Assembly: GCF_016433145.1 (NCBI RefSeq)
Contig: NC_058133.1
Coordinates: forward strand, 257,983,264-258,047,263
Source of the DNA: Gracilinanus agilis
Lineage: Eukaryota
Reading direction: 5' to 3'
Length of the DNA stretch: 64,000 nt
Shown here: in pieces, positions 12,201 through 24,271 of the stretch
Layout of the letters: every line of letters starts with the position of its first letter
Numbering within the stretch: the stretch's first letter is position 1
Translations under genes and position numbers: made by a program
Notes under the pieces: generated by a model
Database searches by the model: none
The model's input: only the letters and a program-made list of their open reading frames with translations
Told to the model about the DNA's origin: nothing

Positions 12201-15200
12201 TTTCCCCAAATGGACCCAAGTCTTTTATGTTATTATCCCCAATGTATGAGCTATGTGTACACCAACTAAACAGAAGACAACAGAGTATAATGATCTGACT
12301 ATTCAGTTTAGAGGTAGAAGATCAGCTCCTTACTAGCCATATGACCATGGACTTTGGGACCCTGGGAACTTTAATTTGCTTGGCTATAAAAAAGAGACAA
12401 CTCTAATGTTATGGTGAGGACAGAATGAGACAATATATATTGAAATGCTTTGTAACCATAACACCACTGGTGTGCTAGAGCTGGCTCATATTGGCTCTTG
12501 AGAGATGATTGTTAAATTTTCATTGTGGTCATATTTACACCTCAGAAATAAGCAAATCACTAGAAATCAGGACTTGATTTATTATTTTTGTTGATTGTCT
12601 GACTTAAGAAAGTGATGAATAAAATGATAATAATGAAATTAAATTTAAAATGATGTCCTAGGTACATTTTTAGAGAGTCTATTGTTAAACATTTATTGTA
12701 TATCCCAGTATAATATCATATATAATTATAAAGTATTACTGTTCTCCCCCTGCTTATACTTCTTGTCATAGAATGGGATTGTTCTGGACTTTCTAAGGCT
12801 CTGTCAGTGGAACAAAAGCTTTTGCAGGTTGTATTAAGCCAGAAAGTTTGAAGCATGTGCCTGGTGACGGATTCTCTCTGTGGTTCATGGATTAATCTAG
12901 CAAGTTGGAGAGGTTGATCATTGACCTCCAGATGAGGAAACTCCTGAAACTATCTGAGATACGGGGCATTGCCATTAGTATCCTTGGAGGGAGTATCTGT
13001 CTTCATGAAGTCATGGATGTTTGGGAGTAGTGAAGAAATACTTTCATTGTTTCTTCTCAGGGTTATAATGCCATTAGTGTAGGGAATGTTCAGTGAGGAA
13101 ATTTGCTCTACTGATGTAGACTGGCAACTTTTGAACATATAAAATTATAAAGCTGTCTAGAGCCCTGAGAGGTTGAAATACTTGTCCAGAGATACACAGC
13201 TAGTATGAGTCAAAAGGAAGATTTGTATTCATATCTTCCTATATGTGAAGCAGGCTCTTTATCCACTATTCTACCCTAGCTCCAATAGTTAAATATTGTT
13301 ATTAATAATAAGCACAACGCTCTCCTATGTCCCAGGAAAGTAAGACTAGCAGCTTTTCTTCTCTATGCTATGACTAGAGATTTAGGATAGAATGCTCAAA
13401 TTACTGCTTAGAGGCTTTTGTGGTCCTTGTCATCCTGGGAGCTCTGAGATCTGAGCTTGGTTGTCTCTGTCATTCCCACTTTCATTATATTTGTTTTTTC
13501 TTTGTTTCTCTTCTTTGAGGTTGTGAACTATGGGTTCACAAAAGGGATTAGTAATAAATCCTTGCTCTTGCTTTTTTTTTAATCTTAGAGTTGATATTAG
13601 AAAAGAAGGTGAAGTAATTTTTAAAAAGCGTACAGTGAATCGGAATTATTTGAAATTTCCCCCAAATGTGCTCATCAGCTGTTGGATGATTATTGATCTG
13701 GTGCTCAGGAGAAAATGGGAGAGATGAGTGAGATATAGGGAAAAAGAAGAGGGAGGGAAAGAGGAAAGAGAGGTTAAGAAGAAAAGATAGACAAAGGGAG
13801 AGAGAAAAAAGACTAGAAGACATAAGGAAAGAAGACAGAAGAGAGAAAAGAAAGAAGATATGGATAGAAGAACACGAAGAGGGATAGTCAAGGAGAGAAA
13901 GGAAGATAAAAGGAAGAAGAGAAAGATTGAGACAGAGACACACATAGACTACATAATAAAGACCTACAGTTTGTGTCATATACACAAGGCATATAGGTGT
14001 GTATAATATATATACACACACATTTGTATATATGTTCTATATGCAATATACAATGTATATTGAAAGATTCATTTTATTTGATATTATTATTTAGTTGTTT
14101 CAGTTGTACCTGACTCTTCGCAACATTATTTGGGTTCTTCTTGGCAAAGATATTGAATAGGTTTGCAATTTCCTTTTCCAGCTCAATTTCACAGATGAAG
14201 AACGGAGACAAATAAGATTAATTGGCTTGTCCAGAGTCACCTAACTAGTACATTCCCGAGACCAGATTTGAACTCATGAAGATGAGTCTTCCTGATTCCA
14301 GGCCTGGCAATATCCACTGTGCCACCTAACTGCTCTTTCAACTGATATTCAAGTTAAAAAAAAAGTGTATCTGTGTGTGTGTCAGGGAGGGAGAGAGATT
14401 CCAAGGCTTAAAGTGATGTGAGATTCTGTACCATTCCACATTTTATATCATTTCCCTTCTCTTCCAGTCATCCAGCTCTCCTCATATCAACTTTTATTTA
14501 GAAAAAAATTTACCTCTTTTGTAGCGCTGGTGCCATGTGAAAACTCCAGTAGTTGCAATTAGGAAGATCCCCAGGGTGAGCATCAGGGTCTTCCAAGAAG
14601 GAATCATTCCCAGTGGTGGTGATTCTGAAACAAGAACCCCAAGATCCCCATTAGTTATACAGGTGTAATGAGCCTAGTCCCATCTCTTTGAGCCAGATAG
14701 CCCAGGCACCCTTAGGAATGCTCCTAAAGGATTTTCCAGGGAGCTCAAGATCAGCTTCCTCCTCTGTGGATTCTGAAACAGCATCAGGAGAGTTGCACTT
14801 GACTTCCCCATTTACTATTCAGCCAAGTCCTCAAAGGAAATATTTCATCATCTTTTCTTTCTCTAACCCCACTACCAACTCAGCAGCTCCTGGAATCATT
14901 CTGGTAAAGGGAAGTACTAACAAAATGGACTCATATTCTGCTGAGAACTTCCTTCTTCATAAGTGTGTGAGGCATGAAGAAAGGAAGTAATATACCACAT
15001 CTAACTTTCTGCAGATGGTAAAACTGAAGACCTGAGATGTTTAGAGGGTTTGCAGTCACCTAATGAAGGTCAGAGTTAAAACTCAAATCTTAGAATGCCT
15101 TGTGCCTATTAAATGCTTAATAGTTTTTTTGTTTTTTTGTTTTTTCCTATTTTCCTATTTAATGTTACCTTCCAGAACCTATATTCTGCATTGGGCTGGG

Positions 15201-18200
15201 GCTTATATGAATGGGGAAAAGCTTGGAAGAGTCACAAAAACTGATAAGTCTCATGATACCACTTACCATTTAGAATATCTTCACACCTCTCAATCTATTT
15301 AGTATTTTAGTTATTTGAGAAGTCTCTAAATAATTTACTAAAAGGAAGAGATTGGCGGGGTGGGATGGGATGGAGAGATCTAACCTGGAATGTAGGAAGC
15401 AGATAACTCTTGACCTAGCAAAGGATTGTAGATGGAACAGATGACATTACTCATGGAGTCATTTCTGATCATCACAGATGTCTCCACGTGGAACAATCCA
15501 TTTATGTCTTGTATCTTGTCTTCCCAGAGGGCAGACAAATTCTCTCCCCCTTCCACTCTCCACCACATTAGAGGCTGCGGGAACCACCCTTCTGAAGTGC
15601 ACACCAGCTGAAGTCTTCCATCTTTATTTCCCTTCAGGTAGATCTGAGGGCTTGAGCCCAAACCTAAAAGAGGGAAGCCAAGAATTTGAAATCTGGGGCA
15701 AGAATACTTGAGATCTTTGGGGTGAGGTGGAAGGGTGAACTGGGAAAAAAAAGGGACTCTCGATATTAGGACGGAATTTAAAAAATCCTTCTCCACAGTC
15801 TGAATGGGAGATTGTGACCCTCATTGTCAGAAAGGTATAAGGAATGTTTTTTAGGTTTGATTTTTCCAGAGTAAGTAGGGGAAAAAGAAAATGGCAACTC
15901 AATTCTGTTTGTTATTGTTGTGTTGTTACCTAGAATGAAACTTTGATAGCCCAAGAGTGGAGGGCACCAAGCCAAAGACTTTGAAGGAAAGACTAGCTAG
16001 GAATATTTTCAAAGAGCAAAATCTTGTGAATGCATATGTTCTGATAACGTAGAATTCAATGACCCTCATTATCTTTTCTCCCAAATGAAGTTCCTCACTT
16101 CCCTATTATTGTCAAGGACTTCACCATCCTAAAGGAGAAATTCTTCCTTTCTGCAACACAGAATAATAATAGCAATAACAATAGCTAATGCTTATATAGC
16201 AGTTACTATGTGCAAGGCACTGTGTTAAGTGCTTTACAAATATCCTCACAACAACCCTAGGTGCTATTATTATTCCTACTTTATAGAGGAGGATACTAAG
16301 GCAAATAAAGGTTAAGTGCCTAGACTAGGGTCACATGGTATCTGAGGCTAGATTTGAACTCAAGTCTTGTTCAGGCCAGGTACTCTATCCTAGAGGCTTC
16401 CAATGATATAAATGGGAGAAAAGCCTCCTTTAGTCTTTCTTGTTGTGAGGGCCAGAAAGTCCCAGCACAACCTATAGAAGGATTCTCTTCTACCATTTAG
16501 CAACTGTTTCAGATCTAGAATCCATGATTGGAGAGGCAGCAAAATTGGATAAGAATTTGATGGCCTTTTCTTTGAGCACAATAGTCATTGCCAGATTGTG
16601 TCCTCCAACTATCTTCCCTAAGTCTTTTCAGTGAAAGAGAAAAGGAAAGAAAGTTTGTAAGCTATGTTGCTTCCTCCCACTTAAATTAAGACAATGGCTA
16701 TTTCTTTCTTTTTATTTTTCTCCCTTTTACCCAATCTGGGCTTATATATTCTGGGTACCCAGGTTCACATTTTCTCAAAGGGTTCATGTCATAAAATGAA
16801 AAACAGAGTTTATTGCAAGTTGAAAGAGTGAAAGACTCAGAATGGAGTCTCCCCAAAGGTTGTCATTTCAAGAGAACTTGATAAAAGTGTCCATCATTGA
16901 GCACTGAAGGGACACAACTGATCTGCAGAGGAAAGTTGTAGAAACTGAAAAGTTCCAGAGTCAAAAGGGAAACTCTATGTTATTATAGTAACACATGGTG
17001 TTATTTATAATTGTAAACAGGAATATAAACTTTACAATGTTATTATAATAACTCAGAAGTAAGGATGCTCCTCCTCTTTTTCTCCTTGCCTACCAACACA
17101 TACAAACACACACATACACATACACACAAATTCCTATCACTTATAGAAGGTTCAAAACCCCAAGCCATATTACTTCTCACCTGCTACTTTTAACTCCAAA
17201 CTAGCTTCCTGATAGATGCCATTTTGTTCAAAACGACACCAATATTGTCCATTATCTAAAGTATCAACATGGAATATCTTCAGGGTCACTGTCCCTTTGT
17301 TGATTGCAGCTGGCTCCATTAATATCCTTTTGTCCTCTGCTATTGGTTTTCTGTTCATATCAACCTCCATGTGTCCAGGATGAAAGAAATGGACTTGGAA
17401 CCATCTCACCTTCATGTGTTTTGCATATGTTTCAGGAGAGAGATGGCAAGATAAGGTGACATCTTCCCCACGCTTGGCCACGATGGGATGGATGGAGCCA
17501 GTGACTTTTAATTTAGCTGTTTAGTGAAATAGAAAACATAGGCCAAAGAGATTCAGAGAAGCAATGGCAGTGTCATCAGCAGACCTGTTTCTAGGACAGG
17601 TCAGCCAGTCAGTCAATAGGCATTTATTAGTTACCTACTATGTGCCAGATGCATAAGCACTGGAGGTAGGGGCGACAAAGAAAGGCAAAATAGGTTCTGC
17701 TCTGCTCTCGAGGAAGTTACAGTCTAATGAAGGCGATAATATGGAAACAAATCTATACAAATGGGATATATGTGAGATAAATTGGAGATGATTAATGAAA
17801 GAAGGCATCAGCATTAAGGAGGAACAGGAAAGGTTTCTTGTAGAAGATGAGATTTTATTTGTGACTTGAAAGAAGTCAGGAGGCAGAGATGAGGAGGGAG
17901 AACATTCTAGACATGGAGGATAGTTTTGAAAAATGCTCAATCTTGGCATGGAGCATTTTGTGCAAGGAACAGAAAGGGAGACACACATCATTGGATTATA
18001 GAGTATGAAGTGGGGAGTAAGGTTATGAGCCTGGAAAGGTAAGTGGGAGCCAAGTTGTGAAAGGCTTTGAATGCCCTACAGAACATCTTATATTTTTGAT
18101 GTCTGGCATTTATTGAATAGGGAGGAGATGTGTTCAGATCTATCATTCAGAAAGAACACTTTGACAGCTAAGAGGAGGATGAGGTGGAATGAGGAACAGA

Positions 18201-18723
18201 TTTGAGCATGGAGACTGATCAGCAGGTTATAATAATAATCCAGGTGGGATATAATTAGGACTTGCAACAAAATGTTAGCAATGTTAGAGGAGAGAGGGGA
18301 GCATATCTGAGAGATGGTGCAAGGATAAAATCAATAGGATTTGGAAACAGCTCAGATAGAGGAATGAGAGAGAGTGAGGAGTCTAGGATGGCTGCTAAGT
18401 TGTGAGCCTTGGCTACTGGGAGGATGGTGGAGCCATTAATAGGGAAGTGAGGACATTAATTAATAGGGAAGTGAGGAACTAGAGGGTTAGGGAGAAAAAA
18501 TAATGAACTTGGTTTTGCATATTCTGCATATGCACATTTTGCATATTCTGCTATAGGATATCCGGTTTGAAATGTCTAATAAGTAGTTGGAAATGCAGCC
18601 AGTAGACAAGGAGAAACTGAAGATAAACAAGAGAGTGGGGATGATAAAGGACTGTCCTAAGGAAGATAGAGGGACAATGCTGACCTTAGTGGAATACAAG
18701 GCAGAGTCATTTCAGAGGACTGG

Positions 18724-18764
<41 letters not shown>

Positions 18765-19178
18765 NNNNNNNNNNNNNNNNNNNNNNNNNNNNNNNNNNNN
18801 NNNNNNNNNNNNNNNNNNNNNNNNNNNNNNNNNNNNNNNNNNNNNNNNNNNNNNNNNNNNNNNNNNNNNNNNNNNNNNNNNNNNNNNNNNNNNNNNNNNN
18901 NNNNNNNNNNNNNNNNNNNNNNNNNNNNNNNNNNNNNNNNNNNNNNNNNNNNNNNNNNNNNNNNNNNNNNNNNNNNNNNNNNNNNNNNNNNNNNNNNNNN
19001 NNNNNNNNNNNNNNNNNNNNNNNNNNNNNNNNNNNNNNNNNNNNNNNNNNNNNNNNNNNNNNNNNNNNNNNNNNNNNNNNNNNNNNNNNNNNNNNNNNNN
19101 NNNNNNNNNNNNNNNNNNNNNNNNNNNNNNNNNNNNNNNNNNNNNNNNNNNNNNNNNNNNNNNNGAGAGAGAGAGGGA

Positions 19179-19238
<60 letters not shown>

Positions 19239-22200
19239 TGAGGAGAGAGAATGTGTAGTTGGCCTGAGAGCCTTCTAAAGAAAAGTGAGGCCCAGGGGAT
19301 AGAGATAATTATAGAGAGCCAACTCTATATTTTTGTGGGTCCTGAGTGGCATTTAGTGGCATTGGATTGAATGAGAACAGTCAGACTAAATGTTTAGCTC
19401 ATAACTGCTCCAACTCCATGGAATCTTGAGTTTATTATATACTATTTTCACACAAAGAACACAAAGAAAAACTTACAGCTGATAGAGGTTATAAATCACA
19501 TAAAAGAAAATCCTTGGAAGCTTCAAAGTAAAGACAGAACAGGGACCAAGGCCAAATTCCAACCACCAATTAGTAAGAAGTTAATTCTGGGAACAGAAAT
19601 ATATTTCATAGAGATTTTTACTAATTGAGTCCTGTCCTCTTGATTTACAGGACTGCACCTGGTCAGATAAAGTCTTGTCTAGCTTTGTCTGTGTCTGGTC
19701 TTGATTATCTAAGTAATATATTTTTTAGAGTTCAGACTTCTTAATTATCAAGGATAGAAATGGTTAACTCAGTAGCTGCTGGTCTGCTAAGGACTCAAAG
19801 CTTTCCAATAAGAATATTAAGAAAAGGTGGGGATCTGAAAAGGAGTCAAAAGAGGAGTCTCAGATTTTTACCTTAGATAACCCCATTCTGTCTGTGTCCT
19901 GACATGCAGTGCAGAAAAAAATCATACACACAGCTTTATTTGCCGATGATTTTGTAATGGGATCCAGATAAAATATCTATTACAGATTCGATTCTATTTC
20001 TCTAAATGACTTCCAATAGCCTCCTGGAGGGCTCAAGTTGTTTTTGGATTAACCAGCCTGCTGGTACCAGAGCTTTTCAGGGCTCAGGTGACCAGGACCA
20101 AACACAAAGACTGCCTCAGCCTGGATTGGTCACGTAGGAAATCCAGATAACAGGCCCTATCATGACCCAATTTCTTCAATCGGCCTTCCACAGATAATCC
20201 TTCCAATCTCTGCAATATATGCAGGTGAAATAAAATTAATGTAAATATCAAGGCCAGTCTAAAGGAAAAGAGATCTCTGGGCTAGTGGCAAATAGAAGGC
20301 AGAGTTTTCTTGGGCTCTTTGCCTTAGTGATAAATAATAGAGGGATATGAACCTGAGAAATTTGGGGTTTTAGCTGACTGGACCATAGCTTTCACCTTTC
20401 TCCATACTCCACCCCCGTCTATGCCCTGCTGTTTCCCTGAATCACTGTCCAGCCATCTGATTACAGCCTTAGCATGCTTCCTGTTGTAACCATATGATGA
20501 CATTTTGTCCCTGATACTGCATCTGCCATGAATGTCTCCTGAATTGGCTAAAGGAGGGCTAAGGAATTCACTTCAGCTGCAACTTTCTGGGGTCATGGGA
20601 GCTGTGGCAAACTACCCAAACTCCTTTTTGATAACCTGACAGGTAACTATTAACCTTTGTTACCAGATAAGCACTTGACAATTCAATCAAAACTAATTTC
20701 CAAGGGCAGCTAGGTGGCTCTGTGGATTGAGAGCCAGGCTCAGAAATGGGAGGCTCTGAGTTCAAATTTGGTCTCAGAAATTTCCTAAACTTAATCACCA
20801 TCGTCTAACCCTTATATTCTTTTGCCTTGGAAACAATACACTGCATTGATTCTAAGACAGAAGATGAGGGTTTAAAAAAACAACACCAATTTCTGTAGAC
20901 TCAGCCAAAATTAGTTGGCCAGTAAGTACAGGAATAAGGAATACTAAACCTGAGGTCAAGGTTAGAGATAACAAAATTTATGATATTAAAGAGTTAATAA
21001 TTGTTCCCTCAAAGGTACTTAAACTAATCTGTGTAGGGTTGGAGTAGGGAGAGAGGGGGCAAAGGTGCCCTACAAGACTGTGATCAGGACTTAAGGAGTA
21101 CTTTTAATCATACCTTTGCCCCAGCATCAATGGCTCCCCTCCAACCTCCCTTTAATACAGATGCCCTTCAATCCAGGGAATAATAAAACAAGTAAAAATG
21201 GCATCCAGGGGAAGAGATAGTAAGGAGAACCTTGCAGATAATTCTGAACCTGTGGGAAAGATGGAATAAGTAACAAGAAAAATATATGGAGGTTGGGACA
21301 GTGACTTGGTACATGATAGGTCCAGAGTATAAGATATTTGTATATCTATCTATATAATATATATAAGATATATATACACAATATATGTATATATATATAT
21401 ATGATATGTCTATAATGTAAGACTATCTTGGATGGCTCTTCAATGCCATTCCCCTCTATCCTCTAATTCCCCTGTATCCGCAATAAGGTCAGTGGCTGGG
21501 ATTCCCTTAACAGCAAAGACTGATACCAGTAGAAATCAGAAATGTCCACTATGGATATATCATTGAACCTAGTTTGAATCAATGTTATCTCAGAGGGAGA
21601 CTGTCTTGAATATGTTGGATTGGGCAATGGTGGAAAACAAATTGGACTTACCAAAATCCGTATGCAGTTCCTCTGAAAAAGAGAGAGAGAAAAAAATTAA
21701 AATCCCTTTTATGTAAGGAAAAAGTAGAAACTGCCCATGTGGTGTGCAACAAGAGCTTGTTTCCTTATAATAGATAAGCTCAATTCCTATCTCTGAAGGT
21801 TGATAGCATTTTAAAAAATAAAATTTTATTTTTCCAATTTCTATGTAAGATATTTTTTTCATCATGGATTCTTTGGAATTATCTCGGATCATTGTATAGA
21901 TCAGGGTAACTAAGGTTTAGGTGATTATTGTTACAATAGTGCTATTGCTGTGTACAATGATAACCTGGTTCTGCTTACTTCACAGCAACAGTTCATATGG
22001 GTCTTCTCAGGTTTTTTTTCTGAAACACAGCTCTTGTTATTTCTCATAGCACAATATTATTTCATTAAATCATATACTACAACTTGTTCAGCCATTGTCC
22101 AATTGATGAGGATTCCCTCAATTTCAAATTATTTGGTAACTCAAAAAGAATATATATAAATATAAAAAAATTACATATAAGTCTTTTTCCTTTTCCTTTG

Positions 22201-24271
22201 ATCAGACTTTGTAGTAGTTATTGATAGGTTAGAAGGTATTTATAGTTTTATAACCTTTTGGACTTACTTCCAATTTGTTCTCCAGAATGATTGAACCACT
22301 TCATAAAGACAACAAACAATGTTTTGGTGTACTTATTTTCCATATCCCCTCCAACATTTTTCATTTTCCTTTTCTTTTATATTAGTCAATCTGATAGATG
22401 TGAGGTGGTGCCTCAGAATTGCTTTAATTCACATTTTTTTAATCAATAATGACTTAGAAAAAATTTTCATATAAATATAGATGCCTTTGATTTCTTTTTC
22501 TGAAAGCTGCCTGTACAATATCCTTTAGCCATCATTTGGGGAATGGCTCTTACTTTTATGAATTTTATTCAGTTCCTACTATATTTGAGAAATGAGGCCT
22601 CTTCTCAAAGAAATTTGCTATAATTTTTAAAATTTCTTCATTATCTATCATACCTTGTAGCTAAATATAATTTCTCTGATTATCCCTTTTAATTAGTTCT
22701 ATTTTTGTTTTTATTTTGTCTGAGATCATAATTGCTATTCCTACCTTAAAAAATTTAATCTAAAGCATATTGGATTCTGCTTTAGCTTCTATTTTAACTC
22801 TGTATTTCTTTCAGTTTCAAATGACTCTTGTAAACAATATATAGTAGGATTTTTATTTCTAGTGGATTCTACTACCTGCTCTTATTTTTTGACCTTTGAG
22901 GAGGGTCAGGGTAAAAAAGAGAGAGGAAGAAATAGAAGAAAATAGGATAGAGAGAAATACATAGCTATTTGTGAATATGAATTGGGATAAACCCACTGAT
23001 AAAATGATTACTGTATATTTCCCTGCATATTATTTTTTCCTATTTATCCTTTTCTTTCTTTTCACCCTGTCCTTCCTTAAAAGCCTGTTTTGCTTCTAAC
23101 AACTGTCTCCCTCAAACTGCCCTCCTTTTTTTTTTATCATCCCACCATTTTCACTTCTCCTCTTCTCCTCCTGTTTCCCTGTTTTTGGGAAACTAGATTT
23201 CTATTCCCAACTGACTGTGAATGTCTTCCCTCTTTGAATCAATTCCAATGAAAATATCACTCAAGTGTTACCTATTCCCCAACTATTTCCCCCTCATCTG
23301 TAAAAGCTCTTACACACATCCTTTATGTGACACAATTTCTCCATTTTTTCCAGTCTCTTCCTCTTTCTCCCAGTATTTCCCTTGTTCTCATTCCTTCAAT
23401 TTGTTTAGATCATCCTAACAATCAACTCATGCGCATGATCTTTGTTTATGTAGATTCCTTCTAATGGTCCTAATAATGATAAAGTTCTTAGAAGTTGTAT
23501 GTGTCACATAGGAATCTAAACAATTTTTTTTCATATAGGAATTTAAACAATTTAATTTTATTTAATCCCTTATGAGTCCTCTTTCATGTTTACCTGTTAT
23601 GTTTCTCTTTAGTATAGTGCTTGAATATCAAGTTTTCAGTTAGCTTGGATCTTTTCATCAGGAATGCTTGAAAGTTCTCTATTTTATTAAAAATCCACTT
23701 TCCCCAGTTTTTCTGGGTAGGTTATTCTTAATTGTAATCCTAGCACCTTTGTCTTCCAGAATATCATAATCTAAGTCCTTTAACCTTTTAATGTAGATGA
23801 TGCTAAATCTTATGTGATCCCAACTATGGCTCCATGATATACAAATGTTAGCCATTCATCATCATCATCATCATCTTCTTCTTCATTATTATACATCCTT
23901 AGTTAATTAGCCCACTCTTTGAGGAGTAGGCATTGTCCTCAATACAAAGCAGCTACTGAAACATCCAAGTTCATCTCTTAGAATCTCTTTCAACATCTGC
24001 TCTTCCATGCCTTGCCAGGAGCTACTTTGACAGCAAATTCACAATTTATTATTATTTTCTTCTTCTAGAGCTGGACTAAGTACTCTCTTAGTTTGAGGAA
24101 GGAGATTATATTAAGTTACTTTTGTGAAGTACAAAACTCAAGGTCCAGGACTTGTGGACCCATTAAGAAGGAGTAAGTGGGAGAATAAAAAGTGGGAAAG
24201 AAACTCCTACCTTTGTTCATTATGGACAACAGCAGAAGAGAGACTGTGATGATACCAGCCTCTTTCAACAT
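8517..24271 (-). CDS. Butyrophilin-family (BTN/BTNL) gene, whole CDS span: leader, IgV, IgC, TM, linker, B30.2; about 523 aa
   Basis: Exons 24271-24211, 17516-17181, 15663-15385, 14624-14514, 13527-13480 (tentative) and 9253-8517. All junctions are phase 1 with GT-AG, summing to 1572 nt with no internal stop. Domain order is typical of butyrophilins. Orthology is not assignable by eye. Confidence 0.9.
12455..12690. mobile_element. Ancient DNA-transposon fragment (hAT-like); related copy at about 51655-51830
   Basis: Both copies share ggctcttgag, attgttaaattttca and acttaagaaagtgatgaa. Family not firmly identified. Confidence 0.45.
13480..13527 (-). CDS. Candidate 48-nt BTN linker (coiled-coil-like) exon, VHNLKEEKQRKNKYNE
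   Basis: Acceptor cccttttgtgaacccatag|TT and donor A|gtggga. Phase 1-1, charged helical peptide, located between the TM and B30.2 exons where BTN genes carry small heptad exons. Confidence 0.5.
14514..14624 (-). CDS. BTN transmembrane exon
   Basis: ttcttgtttcag|AA...AGA G|gtaaat, 111 nt, phase 1-1. Encodes ESPPLGMIPSWKTLMLTLGIFLIATTGVFTWHQRYKR, a hydrophobic span followed by a basic stop-transfer segment. Confidence 0.88.
15385..15663 (-). CDS. BTN IgC exon
   Basis: ccctcttttag|GT TTG GGC...CCA G|gttaga, 279 nt. Encodes GLGSSPQI...LVCTSEGWFPQP...GLFHVETSV...VICSIYNPLLGQE, a butyrophilin IgC pattern with both Cys. Confidence 0.95.
17181..17516 (-). CDS. BTN IgV exon
   Basis: ttctatttcactaaacag|CT AAA...GCA G|gtgaga, 336 nt. 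Encodes GEDVTLSCHLSP, VRWF and DNGQYWCRF...EASLELKVA. Confidence 0.95.
18765..19164. other. Assembly gap (400 N) flanked by (GA)n microsatellite
   Basis: Run of N with GA repeats on both sides, inside the BTN leader-IgV intron. Confidence 0.98.
21790..23770 (-). mobile_element. Decayed LINE-1 fragments in BTN intron
   Basis: L1 3'-end and ORF2-like antisense sequence (cagcc-tt--cc-attgatg, ttcccaaattgctctccagaatg-like, gagaaatgagg). Boundaries approximate. Confidence 0.55.
24211..24271 (-). CDS. BTN signal-peptide exon, coding part (whole exon 24211-24330)
   Basis: Acceptor ctctctctctccag| at 24331, 59 nt of 5'UTR, then ATG encoding MLKEAGIITVSLLLLSIMNK and G|gtagga. Phase 1 joins in frame to the IgV exon. 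Confidence 0.8.

Noticed and set aside
9400-13400. Possible additional 21-27 nt heptad micro-exons (GTAAGT/GTAAGC/GTAAGG donors near 10191, 10118 and 11415)
   Set aside because: None paired with an acceptor to give a stop-free phase 1-1 exon. They cannot be excluded without cDNA.
13548-14021. 157-aa and 99-aa hydrophobic ORFs
   Set aside because: They come from a GA-rich low-complexity tract read on the pyrimidine strand (Leu/Phe/Ser bias).
17582-17595. X-box-like CCTAGAAACAGGTC (minus) just upstream of the IgV exon
   Set aside because: No ATTGG Y box at 19-21 nt spacing, so not a supportable distal X-Y enhancer.
18587-19258. 223-aa plus-strand ORF
   Set aside because: Artefact of the N gap and GA repeats.
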